Source: Camelus dromedarius (Eukaryota). Taken from it: a stretch of 64,000 nucleotides of DNA. Shown one piece after another: positions 25,726 to 36,260 of this stretch. How positions within the stretch are numbered: the stretch's first letter is position 1; every line of letters begins with the position of its first letter. The translations under genes were made by a program, and so were the position numbers. The stretch spans positions 9,984,001-10,048,000 of the forward strand of contig NC_087437.1 in assembly GCF_036321535.1 (NCBI RefSeq), given 5' to 3'. Below the pieces are notes generated by a model, which was given only the letters and a program-made list of their open reading frames with translations, had not been told where the DNA came from and made no database searches.

Positions 25726-25945
25726 AGATAAGCAAGTTTCTATTGTAGAGCACAGGGAACTACATTTAGTATCTTGTAGTAACCTACAATGAAAAATAAT
25801 CTGAAAAGGAATATATGCATGTGCATGGATGGCTGAAACATCACGTTGTACACCAGAAATTGACACATTGTAAACTGTAACACATTGTAAACATTGTTAA
25901 CTGACTGTACTGCAATTTTAAAAAGGAGAAAACAAGAAATAAAAA
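25726..25945 (+). mobile_element. L1 3' end
   Basis: gtagagcacagggaactacatttagtatcttgtagtaacctacaatg...gtacaccagaaattgacac; internal duplication of acacattgtaaac. Confidence 0.88.
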
Positions 25946-26467
25946 GAGAAATTTGACATTTGGTGGTGAGGTGCATACAATTCAGAAGAAACACCACATG
26001 TAACATAATGACCTTTCCAAATGACCTTCAAATGCTGTCTGTTAGTGTGAATGAGACCTGGAGGGGGAGCACAGGTAGGGGAGGTGAGCTGGAGAGGTAG
26101 CAGGTGCCAGGTCACTCAAAACCCTGCAGACCGGATCTTTTGGTGTAGTGGCCAGTGCGCTGCAGGTGCACACAAATGCTTAACAGCCGAGGAGTGAATG
26201 ACTTCTGGAGAGCAGAAACCTATCCTGGCTGGAGAACCCCTTTGCAGTAACTGTCTTCCAGTCTGTTCTGATTCTTCTCTCCCTGTTGCCCCTTTACGCC
26301 ATCTATTCTTGCTCTGGGCTGCGTGCCTGGTAACAATCAGTGCCACTCAAGCAGGTGACCATTGTGGTAGATACATCACCATCTATGGAGTCAGCCAGGC
26401 CCACATTCAGTCCAGGAGCCAAGGGAGGCAAAAAGAGAAAGACAGGACATGTGTTGTGATGGGTAAA

Positions 26468-26590
26468 GATGAAACAAAGGTGGCACAAGGTTGGTAATTA
26501 CTGAAGCGATGAGGACGCAGGGTCCTTCACATTATTCTCTCTGCTTTGGTGGGCCCTTGAAAAATTCCATGATAAAAAGGTTTTTAGAAA
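26468..26590 (+). mobile_element. Old L1 (L1ME/MD-like) 3' end
   Basis: gatgaaacaaaggtggca...ttggtaattactgaagc...ttattctctctgcttt...tgaaaaattccatgataaaaag. Confidence 0.55.
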
Positions 26591-26837
26591 GCCAGGTTCC
26601 ATCACTTAATCAGTAGTTTAACCTTGAGTGAGTTATTTCCCTCTCCTGAACCTCATGCCTTGAGTTACAAATGAGGGAAGTGCCCACCGCACAGAACGGA
26701 TGTAAAGGTGAAACGAAAAGATGGGAAGAGCTGGGCTCAGGGAACTCTAAGGCACCAGGACCCCTGGCATTCAACAACCAGAGGCCGAGCACTGAGGCCA
26801 GTCTTTCAGCCCGCTACCCCTGCCCTGGTTCTAGAAC

Positions 26838-27000
26838 CTCTCTAACCTGAGACAGCACGTGAAACACCTGAAGATCTTGTTTAGTGCAGATTTTAATTCA
26901 GTAGATCTTGAGGAGCCCCAAGATACTGCATTTCTAACAAGCTTCCAGGTGATGCTGGAGACACTGAGCCACAGATGACGCTTTGTGAAGCCAACCCTGA
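26838..27000. mobile_element. MER5A-like hAT element
   Basis: cacctgaagatcttgtt...gcagattttaattcagtagatct...ctgcatttctaacaagcttccaggtgatgctg. Confidence 0.8.
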
Positions 27001-27879
27001 CTGCTGCTTTATTTCTGAGACTAAGCTTCCAACTATTCTCTCTTCTGATGGCTGTATTTCTGTCATGGTCTTCTGCTCTGAGTCCCTGGCTAGTTAATTC
27101 CCCAGAACTGTCATCCCTCCAGGACTGAGGTCCTGGATCCATGCTAATATATCCTTCGTCTGAAAGCTTGTCCATAAGCTTAGGAGTGGACATTATCTCT
27201 CTGGCAACAGTGCCCTAGACTCTGATTTCCTTCTTGGATCCCTGAGGAACTTGTGCTTCTAAAGCCACTAGTGCTGTGTTGCTGCTCATTGTCTTCTGAC
27301 CCTGCTACATCTTTCTTTTTTAGACCAAACTGGGCACCAACTCTCTCCTGGAGCATCACTGATGGTCTTGGCACAGTGAGGACCTGCCCAGTGGAACATC
27401 TCCAACTTCTTGCATCTCGATTTGTCCCTTAAGTGGTTCTCAGCCCTAGCGAGCAGTTTCACATCCAGATTTTTTTCTGCAATCCCCCCTCCCCACCAAT
27501 GCTTTCTGGCAATCTTGTGCTTCCCGACTCACCTGTGGCAAGAGAAACCATTTCAATACTGAAAGAGGAGGAAGATGCTTAACTCCATTGAAGGTAACTC
27601 CATCCGGAATGTGTTTTCCTCGTGAGCAGATGCCTCATTTGAAAGCAGTCTTCAGTGTGTGAATATGAAACTCATTTAAACTAGTTTATGCAGAACTCTA
27701 GACTAGGCTTTGAGTTATTTTTTCTAGTTCACCAATTATAATCACTCTTGTCACTTTCAGATGAGCTGGAGGTGTACATTCTGAAAGCTTGCTAGGAAAT
27801 TAAATCCATCAGCTCTGTTACTCGTGCTGGATTATAAGATTATATTCTGGCAGGGTTAATGGAAAGAGTCATCTGCTGT

Positions 27880-27886
27880 GTCTCTG

Positions 27887-27919
<33 letters not shown>

Positions 27920-27941
27920 ATATATATATATTTTTTTTTTT
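27880..27941 (+). repeat. Compound microsatellite (GTCTCT)n(CT)n(AT)n(T)n
   Basis: Seen directly. Confidence 0.92.
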
Positions 27942-28448
27942 CCCATCTCCCCAGGAACAATCACAAAAGCTATTAAAAATCATGGCAAAATCAAACATTG
28001 AGAAGAATGCACTCATGTTTAAACATGGCTCTTCCATCTGACAGGAGCAGCCTTGACAAGCTGTCACCCATCCCCGCTTCCTAAACTGATAGGGGTGTTC
28101 CACATCTTTCTCGCAACATTAAAAGACAGTGTGCAAAATTATCAACTTACAGTGAACTTGACGGGGAGTTTCTCAGCCTAATAAAAACAGCATCTCAAGG
28201 TTCACGGAAATTCAACGTTCATGAATAAAGATGCTTCGCATACATAACTCACACCTGCACTTAGGACTCAGTCTGTGTCTATTTTTCCTCTCTCACGAGC
28301 TTCACTTTCCTGTTAGAATGAGTTTATCTCTTACTTTTGGTGCTTGCTGTATTTTCATTAAAGGACACACAAAGTATCACGCCATCTAGGCGATGAGTTT
28401 ATTGGCAGCTGCCTTTTGAGAAGTAAACTTTACAGACTTATGTAGTAA

Positions 28449-28973
28449 TGATGGATGTTCACTGGGTTTTAGCCATGCAACATTTATTTCCTCACATTCT
28501 TTTGGGAAAAGTAATTACCAGTTACACTCTGAGAAGGGCTGCCTCTGACCCCAGCCATGGAGACATCTTTGGAAGTTGGCTGTTGTTGACTCGACTCCCA
28601 GATGGATTCGGTTCAGCCTTGACCTGGCCAGAGGGATGGGTGCAGAACAGCTGAGGGATAAATGAGACTTCTGCTGGACCTCAGGAGTGAGGCAGGTGCG
28701 TTTTGTTTATTTTGAACAAGGGAGGATACCGACAGGAACTGCTCTAGCCATCCCGCCATCAGGGAGGAAGGGCAAACCTGACCATTCAACCAAGAGAGAA
28801 AGAGGAGAAATGAGAGATGGAGCGGGTGCTTGAGAGTTGCCTGACTTCCTGGCCTGAGGCAAGCCCCAGTGCTGATTTTTTAATTACTTGGATCAATAAA
28901 TTCCATTTTTTCTTAAGCCGGCTTGAGTTGGATTTTCTGCTACATACAGTCAAGTGGAATACTAATTAATGCA
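28449..28973 (+). mobile_element. MaLR LTR (MLT1K/L-like)
   Basis: tgatggatg start; ...caataaattccattttttcttaagccggcttgagttggattttctg...ctaattaatgca end. Confidence 0.7.
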
Positions 28974-29865
28974 GTATGTTAAGTGAGGCTAGAATGGACA
29001 GATTGAGAATACATAAGAAATACAATGCTTTTCATAATGTACCAAGTCTAGACAAAATCCTCAATTACCAGTGTGTAGAGAACACGGAGAAAGAATATAA
29101 TCACATTTAAATATTACTTCTTCTTACAATTTTATCTCTATGAGCCAAAGGTCTTTTTAATTACTTATTTAAAAGGCAAGCTAATTTATTTGGTGTCATT
29201 TAGACATACACATGTTAGTTATGAAAACAAATTGTGTGGAAGTCACATCAATGCAGATGACAAAAACTCATTTTTGGAGGAAAATTGCAACTTAGAAATG
29301 TCATTTTATTTAAAGATTTTACCCAGAATCAAAAGAAGAGTTGGGCTAATATCAGCTTTTTGAATATTGAGTCTCTCATAATTATTCTTTTCTTATTTTG
29401 TAAGATATATGATACCTGATAGCCAGTTAGTATTTAGCAAGTTGTTTTGCAGATATTATGTTGTTTGAGTCTTATCTTTTAAAAACAGGAGATAGATATT
29501 ATGTACACTCTCCATCAAATTCTACCCCCCATCTACCCAAATCCACAAGTTCCACTTCCCAAATTCTGTAACTGCAGACAATAATATCAGGGGTAATGGA
29601 GTTCAACAGAAGAGCCACATTTTAGCAAAGTGTGTACACAGACCAAATGTCAGATGCGGAATAATTTAACTTACAGGTTAAGATCACTACTTAGTGTAGA
29701 TAATGTGCCACATGTTTCAGATCCCTAAGGTGGAGAGAAAGGAGTAGTTTAAGATGATGGAGTTGTAACTCTGCTATGGTATTTGCATGAATTTGGAACT
29801 AAAGTACAAAGCCTAGTTCAAGAGAACATAATAATTTCAGGTGGACTTTATCTTTAGAAGATAAA

Positions 29866-30000
29866 GAAAAGGAAGAGCTCAGACTTGAGTCAGAAAGATC
29901 TAAGAATCTAGCCACACACACTTACTGCTCTGTGACCTCGAGCAAGTTAATTCTCTAAGCGTCTCTCCGCTCATGGTAATAACGAGATAATCATAATAGA
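29866..30000 (+). mobile_element. MIR 5' part
   Basis: gacttgagtcagaaagatct...cacttactgctctgtgacctcgagcaagtta. Confidence 0.7.
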
Positions 30001-30039
30001 TAACTATAAAGTTATTGCTATGATTATATAAGATAAACC

Positions 30040-30460
30040 ACATACGCCCCTTATGTGCCTGATTATGGGGGTCCCCTCTTCCGGACTGAGGCACACATGC
30101 CTCCCTGCACTGCTGCTGGTGGTTGATGGCTCACAGTTGAGTCTGGGAATCACCCACAGCCAGGGAGCTGTCTCTTCCTGGGGGTGTCCTACATCCAATG
30201 TTTGGTCAGTGAGGCAGCAGAAAGCCACAGCACTCTTGTGTCATTTCAGGAAAATATCTGATAGGCCAGGTGTGGATCTTTTGCCCATGAGGGCAAAAGA
30301 GACCTCTACTGTGATGACACTGAACCCAACCTCTCCTTCTGTCTCATTCTGCTTTGCTCATTCTCTTTCAGGTCTTGATCACAAGACCACTTTCCAATGA
30401 ATTTCCTGCACATGAATCTCCATCTTAGAGCTGATTTCTGGGGAAAGCTGACCCAAGGTA
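30040..30460 (+). mobile_element. ERVL LTR16-like solo LTR
   Basis: cccctcttccggactgaggcac...tgatggctcacagttgagt...ttctgctttgctca...cctgcacatgaatctccatcttagag...gacccaag. Confidence 0.75.
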
Positions 30461-31015
30461 CTGCCACACGGAAAAGGCTCCATCAGTCATCGGATGGTGA
30501 TAATGATGATGAAGCTGAAGGAGGTCTAGAAACATGAACTTGACCACTTTGTTCTGATAAAGTCACCCATTCAACATGTACAGAAACTGTCTCCTTAAAT
30601 TATAGTTTCCAGTAGGGTAGGACCAGCTCCATATTAAAAGCAGAGCTGCTGACAACTATGACTGGCTACTTTGCAGCAGATCGTATCTAAATTGACACTT
30701 CAATTCAGTGATTATTTGCTTGGCCATTTCTATTTTGGAGCTTTTATCCCATTGAGTAGGTCTTCATCAACAATTAAAAAATAAAATCCTCTTCAACAAC
30801 GCTTTCCTCTGAAGGCCCTTTAAACTCAAACATCCCCTGACTCTGTCATTGTGATGATGGCGATACCTGAATAATACACTCTCCGGGAAATAAGGTCATT
30901 TAAATACCAAAATGGTTCTTGAAAACAACACCTCATAAATTATGCAAAGCAGCAGTAGTGTGAAACAAATACTTCAAATGGCAACGTGCAAACTGCAACT
31001 GAAAAAGGCAGCATC

Positions 31016-31156
31016 GGGGAGGGGAGGGTATAGCTCAAGCGGTAGAGCGCATGCTTAGCGTGCATGAGGTCCTGGGTTCCATCCCCAGTACCTCCTCCAA
31101 GAATAAATAAATAATAAATAAACCTAATTACCTCCCCCCACCAAAAAATTTAAACA
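31016..31156 (+). mobile_element. tRNA-Ala-derived SINE (camelid Vic-1-like)
   Basis: ggggagggtatagctcaagcggtagagcgcatgcttagc...gaggtcctgggttccatccccagtacctcc (A and B boxes), then aataaa repeats and acctaattacctccccc plus A tail. Confidence 0.92.
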
Positions 31157-31283
31157 AAAAAAGACTCTGAAAAAAAATGTATGTATGTATATATGTACAT
31201 GTATAACTGAATCACTTTGCTGTACACCTGAAACTAACGTTGTAAGTCAACCACACTTCAATAAAAAATTTAAAAAAATAAAG
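31157..31283 (+). mobile_element. L1 3' terminal fragment fused to the SINE tail
   Basis: gtataactgaatcactttgctgtacacctgaaactaac...cacttcaataaaaaa. Confidence 0.85.
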
Positions 31284-33261
31284 AGAGAGAGCATCAGGAA
31301 AAACAATCCAGGTTTTGTCCCAATGGAGCCACAGGAGTAACGATATGGAGGACAACCCAGCCTTGGGTGTTGGAATAACGTCATACTAATTGTAGCCCAG
31401 GAATTGATGATGATGTCACATCTTCTTTCTTTATTGATAAATAAACTGAGAGCCAGTAAAACTAAATTACTTGGCCACAGTTACACAGTCAGCAAGGCCG
31501 AGCCTGTCCTTTGAGCCTCCTCAACTCTTCCCGCCATTCTACCTTGACTACACCTCCATTCCTCAGACCTCTGGTTTACCCAAGCAAGTCCTTCTCCCTC
31601 ATTCTTTTTACTCTCATCATTTACTTGCTGCTCTCTGCCTAAATCCAGGCGGGTCTTCTTTTTTCTAACATCCTTTTGTAAAATTTCCATCTGGGAGTTT
31701 CTCCAAGATGTATATTTTCCCCATCACAGCTCAGATAACGTTAGCTATTATTAAGTCATATATGATACCATAATACATATAGGTATGCACTTTAAATAAA
31801 CCCTCTTGCATTATTATGTGATTTCTAATAAGAGTAAAAAAGTTATAGATAAATGTAGTGAGTTTTTAAAAGTCTCCTTCATTTACAAACTTACTAGTAG
31901 AGTCTTTAGAGCAAAGGATAAAGGAAACTAGTTTGCCTGGTTCACAAAACACTAGTTCAGTTTAAAGGCGGGCTCCCGTTACTAGTCAGAACCAATGTGA
32001 CAGAAGATTTTGGAGATGCTTTTCCTAAGCATTTTATAAATTTTGATAAGTAACACTCTAAACTTTAAAGTCTTCTCAAAGGCTATTAAAAGGCACTGAG
32101 AAAATAATTTAGAGGAGACTGGATATTAATGTTTTAAATAATTATTTTGGGGATATGCTAATAAAAAATGGTCTTCGTTGGTTTGGGAGATGAGACTTTA
32201 AAGTTAAAAACAGGATAATCATAATAAGCTGAAATGGAATCAAATGTTCTGCAGCAACAAATGGGTTTCCAGTAGAAGTGAAGAATATGACACAGTTTAA
32301 GTTAATCCATAAGATATCTTAACATACATGAGTTCTCTACACTGAAGACATCCCCTGAGGCACAAACATACCCTGGTGGTATATTTACCCTGGTGGCAGT
32401 TGTGAAGGCAGATGTTTCTTAAAGAGGTGACAGGAGGTGCAGCCACTACACCTGCAGTGAGTCTCATGTGACACACACGCCATCCCCGTGCCTGCAGTGA
32501 GTCTCGGGTAGCCCGTATACCATCCCTCTCCTTTTAAACTACTCACAAACTAGTCCTTTTGAGTGTTTCAAATGCTTCCATCTTTATTTGATAATTAAAA
32601 CACATGCACGCTGCAAATGACAAGTACATTTTTTATTTCCAAATAATCCTGGGTGAAAAAAAACCCACTCATCTTTTTCTAATCAATTCATTCCAAAATT
32701 TTTGCTAATTTTCCTACATCAGTTTGCTTTGGCAGAGATAAAAGGTGGGGAGACAGTCTATCTTGTGTTTAGTTCTTGACATTGACTCATAAAATGACCA
32801 GGATATGTCCTCCTTTTCTTATTTATTAGTCTCCTTGATGTGTACCACTTATAAAAACATATGAAGAAATAAACCTTTTAATCAATATTTTTCAATCCAG
32901 CTTTTTGTATGTTGCTATGTTCCTGTGGCTAAGTAGCTATCAGAGTATTTGCCCTGTGTTAAGGCTGCATCAATTAGAACCACCCCCCCCCCAAAAAAAA
33001 ATCACTACCAGTCAAATAAGCCGTTTCAATCTGTGGTGGGAGGAAATCTATTAAATGTGGTTAAAACCAATCAGGTTTAGTCTGTTGAGTTAATTATTCA
33101 GTTAATTCTGTCAAACTTGTCAGTTTGGTAAACCGTTTCATAGGTATAGTTTTAAAATGCTGATATTTGTGTTTATTAATTTTACGACCACCACACCAGG
33201 TTCTGGCTTAGCTGTTTCACTACACAGTATTACTAAATTCCCGTGACACTGTTGCAAGTTA

Positions 33262-33398
33262 GATGGTGATGCTCCCATTTCACATAAGGGTCAACTAAAA
33301 AGTAGGACGAGAAGCTTGCCCGATGACAGACAAAAGGAAATGGCTGAGCTGTGCCTGAAGCTCTTGGCTGCCTGGCTCCAGAGTTTCTACCATTTTCT
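33262..33398 (-). mobile_element. MIR fragment
   Basis: ctcccatttcacataagg...cttgcccgatgaca...aatggctgagctg...ctggctccagag. Confidence 0.6.
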
Positions 33399-33564
33399 TT
33401 TTAACTTGTTGCTTTCTTTTATGTCATGTTCAAGGATTAGAACAAAAGTATAAAAGTCAAACCCCGTGGCAGGGCTGCCTCTCCCCCGACCCAGGGTCTC
33501 CCTCACAGTCCTTCCCTAGTCTCCCAATGTCAGGCTGAAGATGGAGGCAAAGCTGAGTGCGTGT

Positions 33565-33635
33565 GCAAACACACAAACACACACACCAAACACACACACC
33601 ACACACACACACCACACACACACACAAACACACTC
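33565..33635 (+). repeat. Imperfect (CA)n
   Basis: caaacacacaaacacacacacc... Confidence 0.9.
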
Positions 33636-34839
33636 AAAACATATTTAATCTCCACGGGATTGTGATAGGTCCGCCCTGACTCAAAACACAGCACATCACA
33701 AAAGGGCTGGAGGCACTGCGTCCCCTAGTACAAATTTTCCTACAGACTTGGTCAAAGGCTTAGCGCGTGTCTTCCCTAACCCATACCCCTTTGAGCAATC
33801 CTACATCCCAAGTTACTCTTATGTCCTATTCTCTGAAGCAGCACCTTGTTCCTACACTCATCTCCTTTAAACACCTTCAAGAATTTTATGAATCTCTCAG
33901 GGTCTCCCAGACCCCTCCCCCGAGAGCCCTGTTGCGTTATTGTCAGGAGCTTCATGAGAATAGTCCCGCTTCTGCTACTATAGTTCAAGAGAAGCAAGTA
34001 TCCTTATGTCTCTGCTTTTTTGCCTGTATCTTGATGGATAGTGGTTTGATTATTTTGATGCAAACATGAGTTTGTTGTGCTGTTCTACCAAATAAGTGAA
34101 TTTCCTTTCTGTCCAATGGCAAAAAAAAAAAAAAAAAAAAGTCTTGGGGAACTAGGATCAGACATATTACAAACCAAAATTCAAGGATGCCTCAAATCCT
34201 CAAGCATGGTAAAAAGTAAAAAAAAAAGGACACAAAATGAATGGGAGTGGGAAGAACAGTATGGTTCTGTTTTTACGCGGATCATTCCTGAACAGCAAAC
34301 GTTGCTCGCTGACAGTTTTCTGTTTGAACACCCCTGACGGCTCCTGAGAATGACTAGTGCCTACGTGTTGGCTGTGTAAATCATGGGCTCTGTTTGTCTT
34401 TTGTTGATAGGTTTGGGTGTCTGTGTGTGTGAGGGTCCCCACAATCCGTTGCTAAAACAAATCGTTATACCCTGATTCACGATGTCCCCGTTGCGCTTTA
34501 CTATCAAATCAGATAAGAAAGACAGGGAAACAGGAACCAAATATATGCTGCTTATTTGCCTCTATAAGTAGAAGCAAACACCCGCTGCTGGAAGCTTGCT
34601 TTGCTCAGAGTTTACTCATTAAAAGAGAGGTTAGATGTGCAAAACTCAGATTAATTACCCCCAAATGACTGGCTAAGGTTGAATAAAATAGAGGCTCATT
34701 AACATTCAACAGTGCTGCTTGGAGAGTGGTTGGGAAAGAAAGATTAAAGTAAAAAGCCTATTTTTGGTGTTTGAGTTGAGTTTTTCAAGGGTGAATTCAT
34801 CCTCTACTCCAAACCAAATTCTGTCGATAAACTATGCAT

Positions 34840-35056
34840 GAAAAGGCAGACTCCGGTGACGGATTCCTGGGGTTCAAAGTCTCGATTACTAACTGCATCA
34901 CTTGGGCAAATTACTCAGTGTCTCTGTGCCACGGATTCTTCATCTGCAAAATAAAAATAATGACACTAGTCTCAGGTTGTCTTGATCATGAGATGACTTT
35001 AAACTCATAGGACTGTTCCGATGATGAAATGACGTTGAACTCATGTAAAGTACTCC
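34840..35056 (+). mobile_element. MIR
   Basis: cctggggttcaaa...ttactaactgc...cttgggcaaattact...tctctgtgcc...ttcttcatctgcaaaat...catgtaaagtact. Confidence 0.75.
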
Positions 35057-35936
35057 TTGCCTTTAACAGAGCTGTTTGTGAATTACAGCAGCCCCGACCG
35101 ACCTAGAGAATCGTCCCACCACGACGTGGGGCAGGGAGCTCGCTGCTCTCTTCCTCCTGGATAGTTTCAGCTACATTTAGCCGTGTTTTATTTCCAGAGT
35201 GTTTTATTTACATCTCCTTTTATTAGGCAAGGTTTTTGTTGTTGCCACTGTTCTTTTGAGAGCTAGCAAACATCCTTTTGGATCAAATAAAAAGCCACGG
35301 AGGAGGTATTTTGAAAAGCAAGAGGTGATAAATACGAGTAAGGAAAGGGTAGTGACAACGGGAAAAACGTACTCGTGCCTTTTAGTAAATAATTTACTTT
35401 TACGGAGATAACAATAAGAAAGATTCTACCACCTGCGGCTTCTTACCAACAGTTTTTAAGCCACTACTGGGTTGTTATCTTCACACAAACCGTTTCTAGA
35501 AGAGAATTATGCTATCTACCTTAATAAAAGATACAAATGCTGGTTATCTTCATTCCTCACTTTCCAACGAGTAACTCGTGATTTCGAAACATCAATTTGA
35601 TTTCAGTGCTGCTTTCTCTCTTTGCTAAGGCTGATAGCACTGCTGACAGCGTGTGGGTGTCTGCCGGGGGGAGCTGTCTGAAGCCCATTTTGCATCCTTT
35701 GAACATTCTCTTCATTTAGGTGATGACAGTTGAAGATGCCAGATAAGAGACAAGGAAGTGGGTGAGAACCCAAAGGAAGGAAAATAATCATTAATTATGA
35801 CTGATGTCTACATATGGCCAATGTAGGATTTTAGCATCACACCTAAACATGACTGTGCCAATATCATAATTTCAGAAACAGTTTCCTCTTATTTGGGCGT
35901 TAAGTTCACCTGGTTAATATAAGCCTTCAGCCCAAA

Positions 35937-36260
35937 TCTTAGTCTGTTTGGGCCACTATAAGAGGATATAGTAGACTGAGTGGCTTATCAACAACAAATG
36001 CATTTTTCACAGTTCTGGAGGCCAGGAAGTTCAAGATGCCAGCATCTCCTGGTTTATAGATAGTGGTCTTCTTCCTGTGTCTCCACGTGGTGGAAAGGGC
36101 CAGGGAGCTCTCTGGGGTCTCTTTCAGAAGGGCACTAATCCCACTCGTGAGGGCTCCAGCTTAATTGCTTCCCAAAAGCCCCACCTCCCAATACCATCAC
36201 ATCACGCATTAGGATTTAGTCTATAAATTTGGAGAGGACACAAACATTCAGTCTGTAGAA
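35937..36260 (-). mobile_element. MaLR LTR (MLT1A-like)
   Basis: tcttagtctgtttggg...tcacagttctggaggccaggaagttcaagat...ctctctggggtctctt...aagggcactaatcccact...gacacaaacattcagtc. Confidence 0.88.

Noticed and set aside
31021..31096. tRNA-Ala(AGC) gene
   Set aside because: It has a SINE-type 5' extension and A-rich tail with no T-run terminator, and belongs to a multi-copy SINE family seen four times here
32451..32526. CRISPR-like repeat-spacer pattern
   Set aside because: Only two units, mammalian context, no cas genes
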